Source of the DNA: a bacterium
GTDB lineage: Bacteria; Margulisbacteria; Marinamargulisbacteria; GCA-2716485; JAYNIM01
Reading direction: 5' to 3'
DNA: 64,000 nt
Assembly: GCA_038109055.1 (NCBI GenBank)
Contig: JAYNIM010000002.1
Coordinates: forward strand, 79,759 to 143,758
Each line of letters starts with the position of its first letter. Position 1 is the stretch's first letter. Below the pieces are notes generated by a model. That model was not told the origin of the DNA and ran no database searches. It saw nothing but the letters and a program-made list of their open reading frames with translations. The position numbers and the translations under genes are program-made. Positions 9,952 through 19,807 of the stretch are shown here, in pieces.

Positions 9952-12255
9952 ATGATAAACCTTTTACCCACGATATGGTGGATTTCACCTGTATCTGCAC
10001 TTATTGCACTAAGCTTAGCTTACTTATTTTTTCAAAAACTAATGAGTTGTTCAGAAGGAAACAACCGTATGAAAGAAATCGCCTCTTATGTAAAGGTGGG
10101 CGCACAAGCCTATCTAAAACGCCAATACAAAGTCATTGCCGTCGTCTTTGCTATTATCTTTGGTTTACTCGGCATACTATCGTTAAATGGCTTACAAAGC
10201 CCCTTCGTGCCTTTTATATTTCTAAGTGGGGGCCTATGGTCAGCCGTATGCGGATATTTAGGCATGAAAACAGCCACAAATGCCTCAGCACGCACAGCCA
10301 ATGCCTGCCAATCATCCTTAAACCAGGGATTACAAATCGCGTTTAGAGGCGGAGCCGTCATGGGATTAATGGTCGTAGGATTTGGCTTATTGGATATATC
10401 GTTTTGGTTTTTTGTTTTAAACTACGTGTATGATCACAATATTTTTAATCTTAGCATGCCCCTGGTCTATAAATTAGGCACAACAGAATTTACTGCAACA
10501 ATTCAAAATACCTTAGTCTTTCAAAAATTAAAATATACAGAAATAACAACCTCCCTATTACCCTATGCAATGGGCGCATCCTTCATGGCTTTATTTGCCA
10601 GAGTAGGCGGTGGAATATTCACCAAAGCAGCCGATGTTGGCGCTGATCTTGTTGGTAAAGTAGAAGCAAATATCCCTGAAGATGATCCACGAAATCCTGC
10701 AACAATCGCCGATAATGTTGGCGACAACGTTGGAGACGTGGCCGGCATGGGCGCAGATTTATATGAATCTTACTGTGGCTCTATATTAGCAGCTACCGCT
10801 TTAGGGGTTTCTTTAATCTCCATCACACAATCCGTTAATGCTATTTTAATGCCAATGGTGGTTGCCGGAGTAGGTATTATTGCTTCCTTGATTGGCATAT
10901 TCTTTATTAAAACAAACGAAAATTCATCTCAAAAAGACCTGCTTCATGCCTTACTAACCGGCACCACCATATCAGCCATCATATTCATTACAATCATGGC
11001 TATTTTTGCATCGCTAGGCCTTATTAGTTGGGGAATTTTTGCCGCGATCATTACAGGGCTTGTAGCTGGAGTCATTATTGGTCAAGCCACCGAATATTAC
11101 ACCTCTGATACCTATACACCAACCCAAAAAATTGCCGAAGCCACAAAAGAAGGCCCAGCAACCACCATACTGAGCGGTATATCTACAGGTATGCTATCCA
11201 CAGGCATCCCCGTCATCACCATATTTTTAGGCATTCTTGGCGCGTATGGATTTTCAGGAGGGTTTACGAATATTTCCCAAGGTATTTATGGGATCGCATT
11301 TGCAGCCATAGGAATGCTCTCAACCTTAGGCATTCAACTAGCGACAGACGCATTTGGACCAATAGCAGACAATGCTGGTGGTAATGCAGAAATGGCTGGC
11401 TTAGATGCCTCTGTCAGAAAACGTACAGATGCATTAGATTCACTAGGTAATACTACAGCAGCAACTGGTAAAGGCTTTGCCATAGGATCTGCAGCCTTAA
11501 CCGCACTAGCCTTAATCACAGCATATCTAGACTCCATCACACTTTGGCTAAATAAACTAAGTGAAAAAACAGACTTAATAATCGGAAAACTACACTTCTC
11601 TTCAAGTTTTATATCTTCAACGCAAAATTCAAATATTATCTTTGTTAAAAACTTAAACATAGAAAAACTAGTCGACATATTCAATATCACAATCATAAAC
11701 CCAAAATTCCTATGTGGGATCTTCATTGGTTCAATGATCGCCTTCATTTTTTGTTCCTTAACAATTTCGGCAGTCAGTAAAGCTGCTGGTGATATGGTAA
11801 AAGAAGTACGAAGACAATTCAGAGAAATCACAGGGATTATGGAAGGTAAAGCGAAACCTGACTATGAACGCTGCGTCAGCATTTCAACCACTGGCGCCCT
11901 AAAAACGATGCTTTTTCCATCACTACTGGCCATCATAACACCTCTATTAGTAGGATTTACACTCCATATTCCTGGCATGATGGGCTTATTAATCGGTGCA
12001 TTAAGCACTGGATTTACACTAGCATTAACCTTAAATAATGCAGGGGGCGCTTGGGACAATGCAAAAAAATACATTGAGGCAGGAAATGTAGGTGGAAAAG
12101 GAAAAGCCGCCCACAAAGCCGCCGTTATTGGCGACACAGTGGGAGACCCGTTCAAAGATACCTCAGGCCCATCCCTTAACATTCTAATCAAATTAATGAC
12201 AATCGTCTCAGTTGTATTTGTAGGATTAATTTTAAAATTTGGTCTAAATTTTTAA
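9952..12255 (+). CDS. hppA: Membrane-integral pyrophosphatase, K+-dependent type (Na+ or H+ pump)
   Basis: DVGADLVGKVE, DNVGDNVGD, GNTTAA, GDTVGDPFKD. Confidence 0.96.
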   Translation: MINLLPTIWWISPVSALIALSLAYLFFQKLMSCSEGNNRMKEIASYVKVGAQAYLKRQYKVIAVVFAIIFGLLGILSLNGLQSPFVPFIFLSGGLWSAVCGYLGMKTATNASARTANACQSSLNQGLQIAFRGGAVMGLMVVGFGLLDISFWFFVLNYVYDHNIFNLSMPLVYKLGTTEFTATIQNTLVFQKLKYTEITTSLLPYAMGASFMALFARVGGGIFTKAADVGADLVGKVEANIPEDDPRNPATIADNVGDNVGDVAGMGADLYESYCGSILAATALGVSLISITQSVNAILMPMVVAGVGIIASLIGIFFIKTNENSSQKDLLHALLTGTTISAIIFITIMAIFASLGLISWGIFAAIITGLVAGVIIGQATEYYTSDTYTPTQKIAEATKEGPATTILSGISTGMLSTGIPVITIFLGILGAYGFSGGFTNISQGIYGIAFAAIGMLSTLGIQLATDAFGPIADNAGGNAEMAGLDASVRKRTDALDSLGNTTAATGKGFAIGSAALTALALITAYLDSITLWLNKLSEKTDLIIGKLHFSSSFISSTQNSNIIFVKNLNIEKLVDIFNITIINPKFLCGIFIGSMIAFIFCSLTISAVSKAAGDMVKEVRRQFREITGIMEGKAKPDYERCVSISTTGALKTMLFPSLLAIITPLLVGFTLHIPGMMGLLIGALSTGFTLALTLNNAGGAWDNAKKYIEAGNVGGKGKAAHKAAVIGDTVGDPFKDTSGPSLNILIKLMTIVSVVFVGLILKFGLNF

Positions 12256-12269
12256 TACACAAATTAAAC

Positions 12270-12315
12270 GAAGAGGTCTCATTGATTAACTAAACTATCA
12301 AATGATGACCTCTTC
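12270..12315. terminator. Imperfect hairpin between convergent genes
   Basis: GAAGAGGTC...GACCTCTTC inverted repeat with additional inner pairing. Confidence 0.55.
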
Positions 12316-12329
12316 TTAAAAAGGTCCTG

Positions 12330-14225
12330 TCAGCTACTTGCTTGGCAATCTAAAAACTTAGCTAAAATTCGAATATCAGAAGAAAACGAATAATCATGTT
12401 CTGCACTAAGATCTAGTTCAGCCTCCTCTTTTTTACGAGTATCAAGATTACACATCCATTTATACCCCCCATCTAGGGCACTATATTGTTTCCGAATTCT
12501 CATTTGCTTTTCTTTCCCATCATCATCTTTATATGAGAATGTCCATGAATGCTCTGGCGGCCTCTTAAAGAATCCGCTAGATTCATGCCCACTATAGCAG
12601 TATTCTTTATCATTTCCAAAAACAAAAGTCGTACTATTCTTTACCAGAGGACGAGCTTGATCATCACAAAGAGCCAAGTTATCTTGAGCATCGTCATTTG
12701 AATCAAAAACAGAAATATAAAAAGCATCATCTTGATTACTTGTAGCAATCCTCGTAGTAAATGTCTTCTCATCTGTAGAAATATGACGTTGTTCCTTAAT
12801 ATTCTTTAAATTTAATGTCACAATAGCAGGATTTTTATCCGCATTAAATTTACAGCTTAAATTGTCTGGTTTCTTCTTGTTTGAGGTAGCACGCAACATA
12901 TGTTTTAGCTGCTTTGAACGACGATCATCTTGTATCTTTGAATGCAACAAACTCCCCCCAGCAACTAAACAAACTACCGCTAAACCAACACCAATAATCA
13001 GCAATGGAGGAGAGGAACCCACAACACCAACAGTAATTACTATTCCCTCACAAATAGCTGTAAAGGGTGCTGTTACTTTCCAGCCTCTCTTTATTCGTTT
13101 CCACCAGTTCATTTTATCTCTATTTCTAGGCCGTTCCCTGCCATGTATTATAGTGGGGAGCACTGGATTGGTCCCTGAGGGGGCACTATCAGTTAGTGTG
13201 GCAGGTTGCACACTACCATCTCCTCCATCTATAGACTGCTGATCAGTTAAGGGTGCACGTTCAGCTGGTGACAGGTCTTCCCTCTGTAATCGCGGAGCTT
13301 GGGATCTAACTGGCCCGGTAGCTAAATGTGACCCCCTCGAAGCAGAAGCAGAAACTCCACTCTCAGGTTGAGATAATGAGCGGGAAAATTGATTTCTATC
13401 CGTAGGATCTTGTTGTTGATAAATTCCCCCATCCATATAACTTTGACCTAGTTGCTCACCATCTCCTCCATGTATAGGCTGATCATAATTTGAGGATAAA
13501 CGTGCAGCTGGTGACAGGGATCTCCACTGTAATTGCGAATCTTGGGATCTAGTTTTCCGGGAAGATGAATCTATAACCCTCGAAGCGGAAGCAAAACCTC
13601 CCCCACCAGATTGAGATGATGAGGGGCGAGATTGTGTTCTAGCCGGTTTTTGCCTAGACGAAGGGGCACCAGAAGCAGTGTGTCCAAAAGTAACACGCTC
13701 AACGTCAGCGGTAGGACCTTGTTGTAGAGCAAATCTCTCATCCATAGAACCTTGACCTAAAGGCTGCTCTTCTGAATTTCGCCTGGGGTAAAAATGTTGT
13801 CTTGCGCGAGGTTGATGAGCGGCTGCAACGTGTGAATAAGCTCCAATTTGCTTGGTTTGAGTATGCGGTAAAGACCCTTTAGTTGTAGCTCTCCTACGAG
13901 TTACAGGTAATGCCTGCTCTTCGAATTGACGTGTGGCCTGAGCCTGAGATGCATCATCACGGGTACGTTGTAATCTTTGATGAGAATTCCTGACAGCCGG
14001 TTCGGAAGGAGCTGCAGTTGCAGAGCGTTGTGTGTTAGGCACAAATGTCGCAGGAGTTCCGATAGAACGAGACACTTGTCTTTGTCCCGGAAATCGAGCT
14101 TGAAATGCGACTTGAGCTTGAGGTGCGTCTTGAGCTTGAATTCTCGAACGAGGTGTACGTCCTGAAGCAGAACCACTTGGACCACTTTCGCCTCTTCTTA
14201 AACTAGCATCATCAACTAATTTCAT
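12330..14225 (-). CDS. Orphan membrane protein: long disordered S/Q/R/A/P-rich N-terminus, bilobed hydrophobic hairpin, C-terminal globular domain
   Basis: 631 aa ORF with AAGGAG RBS; hairpin VTAPFTAICEGIVITVGVVGSSPPLLIIGVGLAVVCLVAGGSLL. Confidence 0.8.
   Translation of the reverse strand: MKLVDDASLRRGESGPSGSASGRTPRSRIQAQDAPQAQVAFQARFPGQRQVSRSIGTPATFVPNTQRSATAAPSEPAVRNSHQRLQRTRDDASQAQATRQFEEQALPVTRRRATTKGSLPHTQTKQIGAYSHVAAAHQPRARQHFYPRRNSEEQPLGQGSMDERFALQQGPTADVERVTFGHTASGAPSSRQKPARTQSRPSSSQSGGGGFASASRVIDSSSRKTRSQDSQLQWRSLSPAARLSSNYDQPIHGGDGEQLGQSYMDGGIYQQQDPTDRNQFSRSLSQPESGVSASASRGSHLATGPVRSQAPRLQREDLSPAERAPLTDQQSIDGGDGSVQPATLTDSAPSGTNPVLPTIIHGRERPRNRDKMNWWKRIKRGWKVTAPFTAICEGIVITVGVVGSSPPLLIIGVGLAVVCLVAGGSLLHSKIQDDRRSKQLKHMLRATSNKKKPDNLSCKFNADKNPAIVTLNLKNIKEQRHISTDEKTFTTRIATSNQDDAFYISVFDSNDDAQDNLALCDDQARPLVKNSTTFVFGNDKEYCYSGHESSGFFKRPPEHSWTFSYKDDDGKEKQMRIRKQYSALDGGYKWMCNLDTRKKEEAELDLSAEHDYSFSSDIRILAKFLDCQASS
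13215..13623. repeat. Diverged direct duplication, period 243 nt (81 aa)
   Basis: accatctcctccat...cagctggtgacagg...cttgggatcta...ccctcgaagc starting at 13215 and 13458. Confidence 0.85.
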
Positions 14226-14448
14226 AAATTTCTCCTTAATATAAATTAGTATTTTTTACCAATATTTCATACTGTATTATAATTTACGAAATAATTTTAA
14301 AGAAATTTCAATTATTTCAATAGTTAATCATAATAGATATTGATCCCCTCATAAAAAAACTAATACCCGCTTTCAAAAAATTCTAAACATGTTATTTGCC
14401 CCCCCCCTTAATAAGTCACATAAACTGGAGCCCCAAAAAATGGATGCC

Positions 14449-14724
14449 CTAAATCAATTTAGATAATTTAACCTTTTTTAAAACCTTACGTTCAGCTTCA
14501 ATCCAATTTTCTTTATCCAAATCGGGATTAAAGCCACTTTTTTGCGCCAACGCATAAGCCTCTTTAGAAATAATGGCCTTCAACTGATCAATAGTTAGTT
14601 CAGATTTACGACGTCTGGCTAGCTTCTCTTGTTTATGAATTTTCTTGTGATACTGCTGTGTGTAAAGTTGCTTTGCAATACGCTTAGCTTTACGTTGATC
14701 TAACCATTTTTTAATAAAATTCAT
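14449..14724 (-). CDS. DUF2934-like small protein
   Basis: ISKEAYALAQKSGFNPDLDKENWIEAER pattern; GGGAG RBS. Confidence 0.7.
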   Translation of the reverse strand: MNFIKKWLDQRKAKRIAKQLYTQQYHKKIHKQEKLARRRKSELTIDQLKAIISKEAYALAQKSGFNPDLDKENWIEAERKVLKKVKLSKLI

Positions 14725-14790
14725 TAATTACTCCCTTTTTAACTAAATCATAATTAATAATACCATAAATAAGGAAAATACAAATAATTT

Positions 14791-17700
14791 TTACGACTCT
14801 CTAATAACAGCCGACATCTCAGAAACACAGCCTAGCAACATAGGCTTGTAAATATGTTGATAATAATCCTTCATCATACGCTGACCAGAAAACTGCATAA
14901 TATGCCGCGCCATCGCCTGTTTCATTTTAGACACCCACGCCTGAGAAAATACCTCTGACTTAGCCCGTTGATAAAACATTGGAAGAATATCTTTTTCTAA
15001 CAAGGTATACAAACGAATCGCATAATCACGTTTTAACAATGCATCACTATGATACTCTTTTTCCACCTGAATACACCAACCAACATCAGAATCAAAGCCT
15101 TCATGCCACCATCCATCTGCTACGGAGACATTCAAAACACCATTTAATGATGCCTTCATCCCACTAGTTCCACTCGCTTCATTACCAAAAACAGGCGTAT
15201 TAAGCCACACATCAACACCTTGAACCATCAACGAAGCCAATTCCATGTCATAATTTTCCAAGACAAAAATATGCCCTTGAAACTCTTCTAACAAGGAAAA
15301 TTGATACAATTTTTGCAAAATAGCCATGCCCGCTTTATCAGCAGGATGAGCTTTTCCTGCAAAAACAAAACGCAGTCCTTTGGAAACCAAACGCTGCAAC
15401 CACAAGGGATTATCCAACAACAAATCTGCCTGCTTATACGTGGCAAAACGTCGAGCAAAACCAACTGTTAACCAGTCTGGATGCAACTTAAAGGACGTCA
15501 CTAAGGCATCTAATTGAGAAAAAGACGTTCCACGCCTAGAATATTCATCCTTCACTCGAGAAGATACCACAGACAAAAATCGCTGCTTCTGCCGACTATG
15601 CGCACGCCAAATATCCCCTAAAGGTGTATTCGTTAATAAGTGAGGGACTTGATAGGTTTGATCTAACAACCCACCATAAAAAGACCGTATATCTGAACCA
15701 ACCCAGGTCAAGGGATGAACTGCATTTGTCACAGCCTGGATAGGTTTATGCTGTACACAAGCCAAACGCTTCCATAATTGGTTCGCCAACTGAACATGTA
15801 ACGTTGAAACTCCGTTATAAGCCCCCGAAAATCGCAATGCAAGAACAGTCATAGAAAATCCATCTTTTTTTGGATCTGTCGCCCAGGCCAAACAATCTGA
15901 AAAAGAAATTCCCATCGCTGGCCAAAAAGAGGATAATGCCCGCTCAACCAAACCAGGATCAAAACACTCAAGACCAGCCGGAACAGAGGTATGTGTAGTA
16001 AAACATGTGTTCATGCGAACTTGATCAATAGCAGATAGCAACGATACATTCTCTTTGCGTAATACACGTAAGCGCTCTAAAATCAAAAAAGCTGAATGCC
16101 CCTCATTCAAATGATACAGTTGTGGGTCAATTCCTAACCTTCCCAACAAACGTACCCCCGCAACTCCTAAAATAATCTCTTGCTTTAAACGCAATAAACG
16201 ATCTGCTGGATACAAAGAGTGGGTTAGGGAACGATCTTCCACAGAATTTTTCGAAACATCAGAATCCAACAAATATAACACACTACGCCCCACTTTAAGC
16301 TGCCAACATTGTAGATAAATCGTCTTATCAAAAAAGGAAAGTGACAATAATTCTTTATCTGAAAACAAGGGCTTCAAATTTAACTTGAGAAGATCTTCCG
16401 TTGTTAAATACTGACCTTGCACACGTTGCAATCCCTTGCCATCAATAGACTGATTAAAATAACCAGATCGATACAACAACCCAACTCCAACCATTGGCAT
16501 GTAAACATCCGAGGCAGATTTTAAAATATCACCTGCCAAAACACCCAAGCCCCCCGAATAAATAGGCAAAAGTGAATGGAGCCCAAACTCCATAGAAAAA
16601 TAAGCAATAGGACACTTAGGATCCATCCCCTCTGGCACATACTCTAAATTTAAATCACACTGTTGAGAATAAGCTTCATCCAACGATTGCAAGTGATGTT
16701 GCATCAACAAACTTTTCAACTTGTATTGCACGCCATCAACATCCACTTGTTTAATAAACTCTAAGGGATTCTCCGAACACCCCTTCCACAACTTAGGCTG
16801 TAAAAGCGCGAAAAAGTCCCCCAGACGTGGATCATAACTCCACCACCAATTAGAGGTCCACTTTTCCAATTGACGCTGCAACCTTTTTCCACTTTTTAAG
16901 ACAGTTTCTTCGCTTGTTTGAACAGCAGAATCTTTCTTAACAACAGACTCCATTGCTTGAGCACAAGAACGGCGTAATTCAGCATGCTTAACAGCATTGC
17001 GATAACAATCTTGATAAGCCTCATAAAACAAAGACCAGTCTGATGCTTCTGCTAAGAGATAAGTCGCCTTTTCAAGAACAGCCCGCTTAGACGATGCTAA
17101 TAAATGATAAAAATGCTGCAACTGCTGCGCCAAAGACGTCAAAGACGTCTGGTAGCAATTCAAGGATCTAGTCACAATACCCAAGGCAATATCATCTTCA
17201 AAATTCTTAGCCCATTGTGCAAAACCACTCGTATCCGACGCAATCGTTGGCACACCCAAGGCTAAACTTTCTTGAGGGGTATACCCCCAAGGTTCATACA
17301 AAGAAGGAAATATCGACAAATCAGACAGGCCTAACAATTGATAATAGGAACATCCATAAAAATGATCATTCCCCTGCAATAACTGAGGCGAATACAATAC
17401 AAAAACTTTTCGATCGATATCATTAGCAAAACGTGATGCTAATAACTTTTGCAGCAAGCCATCTTCCTCAATGGGTAAAAACTCATGCGTCACACACACA
17501 CCTAAGGATGTATTTTCTTCCAATAACGTCTCCCCCGAAAGATAATCCTTCACGTTAGACGTTAACCCCTTCGACAATACAGCAGGTGTTAAAACAAGCA
17601 AAACATCCGCCCCATCAATTTTTTTCACATAAGTATTAAGTGCATCCAAGGCATCCACCAACAAATCAAAACCTTTATTATGACACTCAAAGCGTCCTGC

Positions 17701-18609
17701 ACTAATCCACAATTGTGTCTTTTTTAAAAAAGGCTTAGCAAATAAATCCGACGCTTTCTTTAACAACAACTGTTTCATCTTATCTTGCTTCCGTTGAGAT
17801 AAACGCGCATTCCTAAATGAGGTTAAATTCAAACCATTTTTAACCACAACATGAGGCTTCTGCCCCAACACAACCGAACATTCTTCTGCAACTAAATCAC
17901 TAACACACGTAAAACAATCCGACTGCAACGCAGATAAAAGCTCCACACGATGCTTCAATAACACCCCCAACTCCTGCGCTTTTTGTAAAGAAGAAAAAGA
18001 AGCAAAATCCAAACGTCCACTATGGCCAGCATAAGCACGCCCTAACACTGTCGCATGCGTTGTAAAAACAGTCGAAACAAAAGAAGAAAGGGTATTTAAA
18101 TACAAAATACCAGCCCCCGTCATCCATTCATGAAAGTGAGCAATAACCTCTCGGGAAACAAACTGCTTCAAAACAAACTGATGAATAAACTGTGCAACAC
18201 GTGTCGAAAATAACAAAGGATGAACAACATCATACCCTGCATCAAATGTATCCAAATGATAATGTTCCCAGTAGGTATACAAGACCTTGTCCGCATCATA
18301 AAAATCCTCATAAGACAGTAATATCACTCTCGGCTTTTCTGGAATATCCCAATATCCCAAACGATACTCACAGCCCATCTCATCTAAAACATCCTTATAT
18401 GCATGCCAAAAATTATCATCAGACGTATCAACAAAGGCCATTGTTTCCGCCAATAAAGGACCGATACAAATATAATCCTCTCCATACAACTTTTTAGCTT
18501 CAGCAACCTTCGTACTTAAAACCGTATAAATCCCCCCAACCTGATTACAAACCTCCCAAGATACTTCAAATAAAAAAGTCCCCGGGCTCTTTTTCTTCAC
18601 TTTACCCAC
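14791..18609 (-). CDS. Fused GT3 glycogen synthase + GT35 alpha-glucan phosphorylase
   Basis: N-half FEVSWEVCNQVGGIYTV, HFHEWMTG, FPSLYEPWGYTPQE; C-half YSGGLGVLAGD, ARRFATYKQ, EASGTSGMK (PLP lysine). Confidence 0.93.
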   Translation of the reverse strand: MGKVKKKSPGTFLFEVSWEVCNQVGGIYTVLSTKVAEAKKLYGEDYICIGPLLAETMAFVDTSDDNFWHAYKDVLDEMGCEYRLGYWDIPEKPRVILLSYEDFYDADKVLYTYWEHYHLDTFDAGYDVVHPLLFSTRVAQFIHQFVLKQFVSREVIAHFHEWMTGAGILYLNTLSSFVSTVFTTHATVLGRAYAGHSGRLDFASFSSLQKAQELGVLLKHRVELLSALQSDCFTCVSDLVAEECSVVLGQKPHVVVKNGLNLTSFRNARLSQRKQDKMKQLLLKKASDLFAKPFLKKTQLWISAGRFECHNKGFDLLVDALDALNTYVKKIDGADVLLVLTPAVLSKGLTSNVKDYLSGETLLEENTSLGVCVTHEFLPIEEDGLLQKLLASRFANDIDRKVFVLYSPQLLQGNDHFYGCSYYQLLGLSDLSIFPSLYEPWGYTPQESLALGVPTIASDTSGFAQWAKNFEDDIALGIVTRSLNCYQTSLTSLAQQLQHFYHLLASSKRAVLEKATYLLAEASDWSLFYEAYQDCYRNAVKHAELRRSCAQAMESVVKKDSAVQTSEETVLKSGKRLQRQLEKWTSNWWWSYDPRLGDFFALLQPKLWKGCSENPLEFIKQVDVDGVQYKLKSLLMQHHLQSLDEAYSQQCDLNLEYVPEGMDPKCPIAYFSMEFGLHSLLPIYSGGLGVLAGDILKSASDVYMPMVGVGLLYRSGYFNQSIDGKGLQRVQGQYLTTEDLLKLNLKPLFSDKELLSLSFFDKTIYLQCWQLKVGRSVLYLLDSDVSKNSVEDRSLTHSLYPADRLLRLKQEIILGVAGVRLLGRLGIDPQLYHLNEGHSAFLILERLRVLRKENVSLLSAIDQVRMNTCFTTHTSVPAGLECFDPGLVERALSSFWPAMGISFSDCLAWATDPKKDGFSMTVLALRFSGAYNGVSTLHVQLANQLWKRLACVQHKPIQAVTNAVHPLTWVGSDIRSFYGGLLDQTYQVPHLLTNTPLGDIWRAHSRQKQRFLSVVSSRVKDEYSRRGTSFSQLDALVTSFKLHPDWLTVGFARRFATYKQADLLLDNPLWLQRLVSKGLRFVFAGKAHPADKAGMAILQKLYQFSLLEEFQGHIFVLENYDMELASLMVQGVDVWLNTPVFGNEASGTSGMKASLNGVLNVSVADGWWHEGFDSDVGWCIQVEKEYHSDALLKRDYAIRLYTLLEKDILPMFYQRAKSEVFSQAWVSKMKQAMARHIMQFSGQRMMKDYYQHIYKPMLLGCVSEMSAVIRES

Positions 18610-19804
18610 AATAACTAACCACCTTATTTGCTACCCTTGTTTCAAAATCTGCCAAGACATTTTGAAACGCAATATACGCATCGTAAGGACTTCCATAAGG
18701 GCTAAAATATTTATGAACATCCCCATCTGCTGCAAATTTGGTACACATATAATAAAAATGATCCGAGGTCTGCAACAAACGCCACATATGAATCAACTCG
18801 ATGTCCTGACTTTTCATCACATGTTGTTCCAAGGCATAAATACGCTGAAAAGCATGAAATTGTAAGGGATTACTTCGCCAAGCAGACAAATCTCTCTCCT
18901 CATCTGCCCAAGAAATAAAATGATGAACATCCAATTCACCAACAGAGCTGTACTGATCACCTGCTTCATGCGGCATCAAAAATTGAAAATCAGAATGACG
19001 TAATATAGACGAAGGCAAATGTTCCAAAAAGTTAAAAATACCTGTATCTTTCCACTGGTGTTCACCAAAGGTTTCGTAATCCATAAATAAATTAATCACA
19101 TCCCCATTCCCCGCAAACTGATGCGTCCAACCAGCAAATTTTTCACTCGTTAACGGATAGCCTTCCCATGATTGATTAGAAAATCGAAAGGCAATATCAT
19201 CAGACAACTGATAATTTTTCGTCAACAAGGTCATCTCCGGACAATCTTTAGGCGAATACAGATAATTTGGGCTACGCCAATCCATCACATGATCAGCTCC
19301 TTCAGCTAAAATCGTCTTAAAGCCCAAATCATTGACAGTTCTAGCTAATGCATTATTATAAATCAACTCAGTATTACGAAAGGTCTTAGTTTCATATGAA
19401 AACTCTTTTCTAATTAACTCTTTATGAGCCAAAACCTGTTCAATAAATTCTGATTTAGAATACAAAAAGGCCAAAGAATGGTAAAAAGTCTCAGATAGGA
19501 TCTCGACACACCCTGTATCAACCAAGGCTTTAAACGAATCAAGAACCTCAGGCGCATACTCTTTAAATTGCTCAATGACCGTTCCAGTTATTGAAAAAGA
19601 AAGTTTAAATCTCCCCTCATGCTGTTTTATAAGTGATAACAACAATTTATTCGTTGGCAAGTAACATTTCTGAGCAACTTTTAACAATACCTCTCTATTT
19701 TTAACATCATCAAAATATAACGTGTCTTTACCAATATCAAAAAAATTATAATTCTTTAATCGAAACGGCTGATGAACTTGAAAATAAAAAATAATAGATA
19801 CCAT
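18602..19804 (-). CDS. Glycoside hydrolase family 57 (alpha-amylase type)
   Basis: FQVHQP, FRNTELIY, MDYETFGEHQW, QTSDHFYYM. Confidence 0.93.
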   Translation of the reverse strand: MVSIIFYFQVHQPFRLKNYNFFDIGKDTLYFDDVKNREVLLKVAQKCYLPTNKLLLSLIKQHEGRFKLSFSITGTVIEQFKEYAPEVLDSFKALVDTGCVEILSETFYHSLAFLYSKSEFIEQVLAHKELIRKEFSYETKTFRNTELIYNNALARTVNDLGFKTILAEGADHVMDWRSPNYLYSPKDCPEMTLLTKNYQLSDDIAFRFSNQSWEGYPLTSEKFAGWTHQFAGNGDVINLFMDYETFGEHQWKDTGIFNFLEHLPSSILRHSDFQFLMPHEAGDQYSSVGELDVHHFISWADEERDLSAWRSNPLQFHAFQRIYALEQHVMKSQDIELIHMWRLLQTSDHFYYMCTKFAADGDVHKYFSPYGSPYDAYIAFQNVLADFETRVANKVVSYCG

Positions 19805-19807
19805 AAA

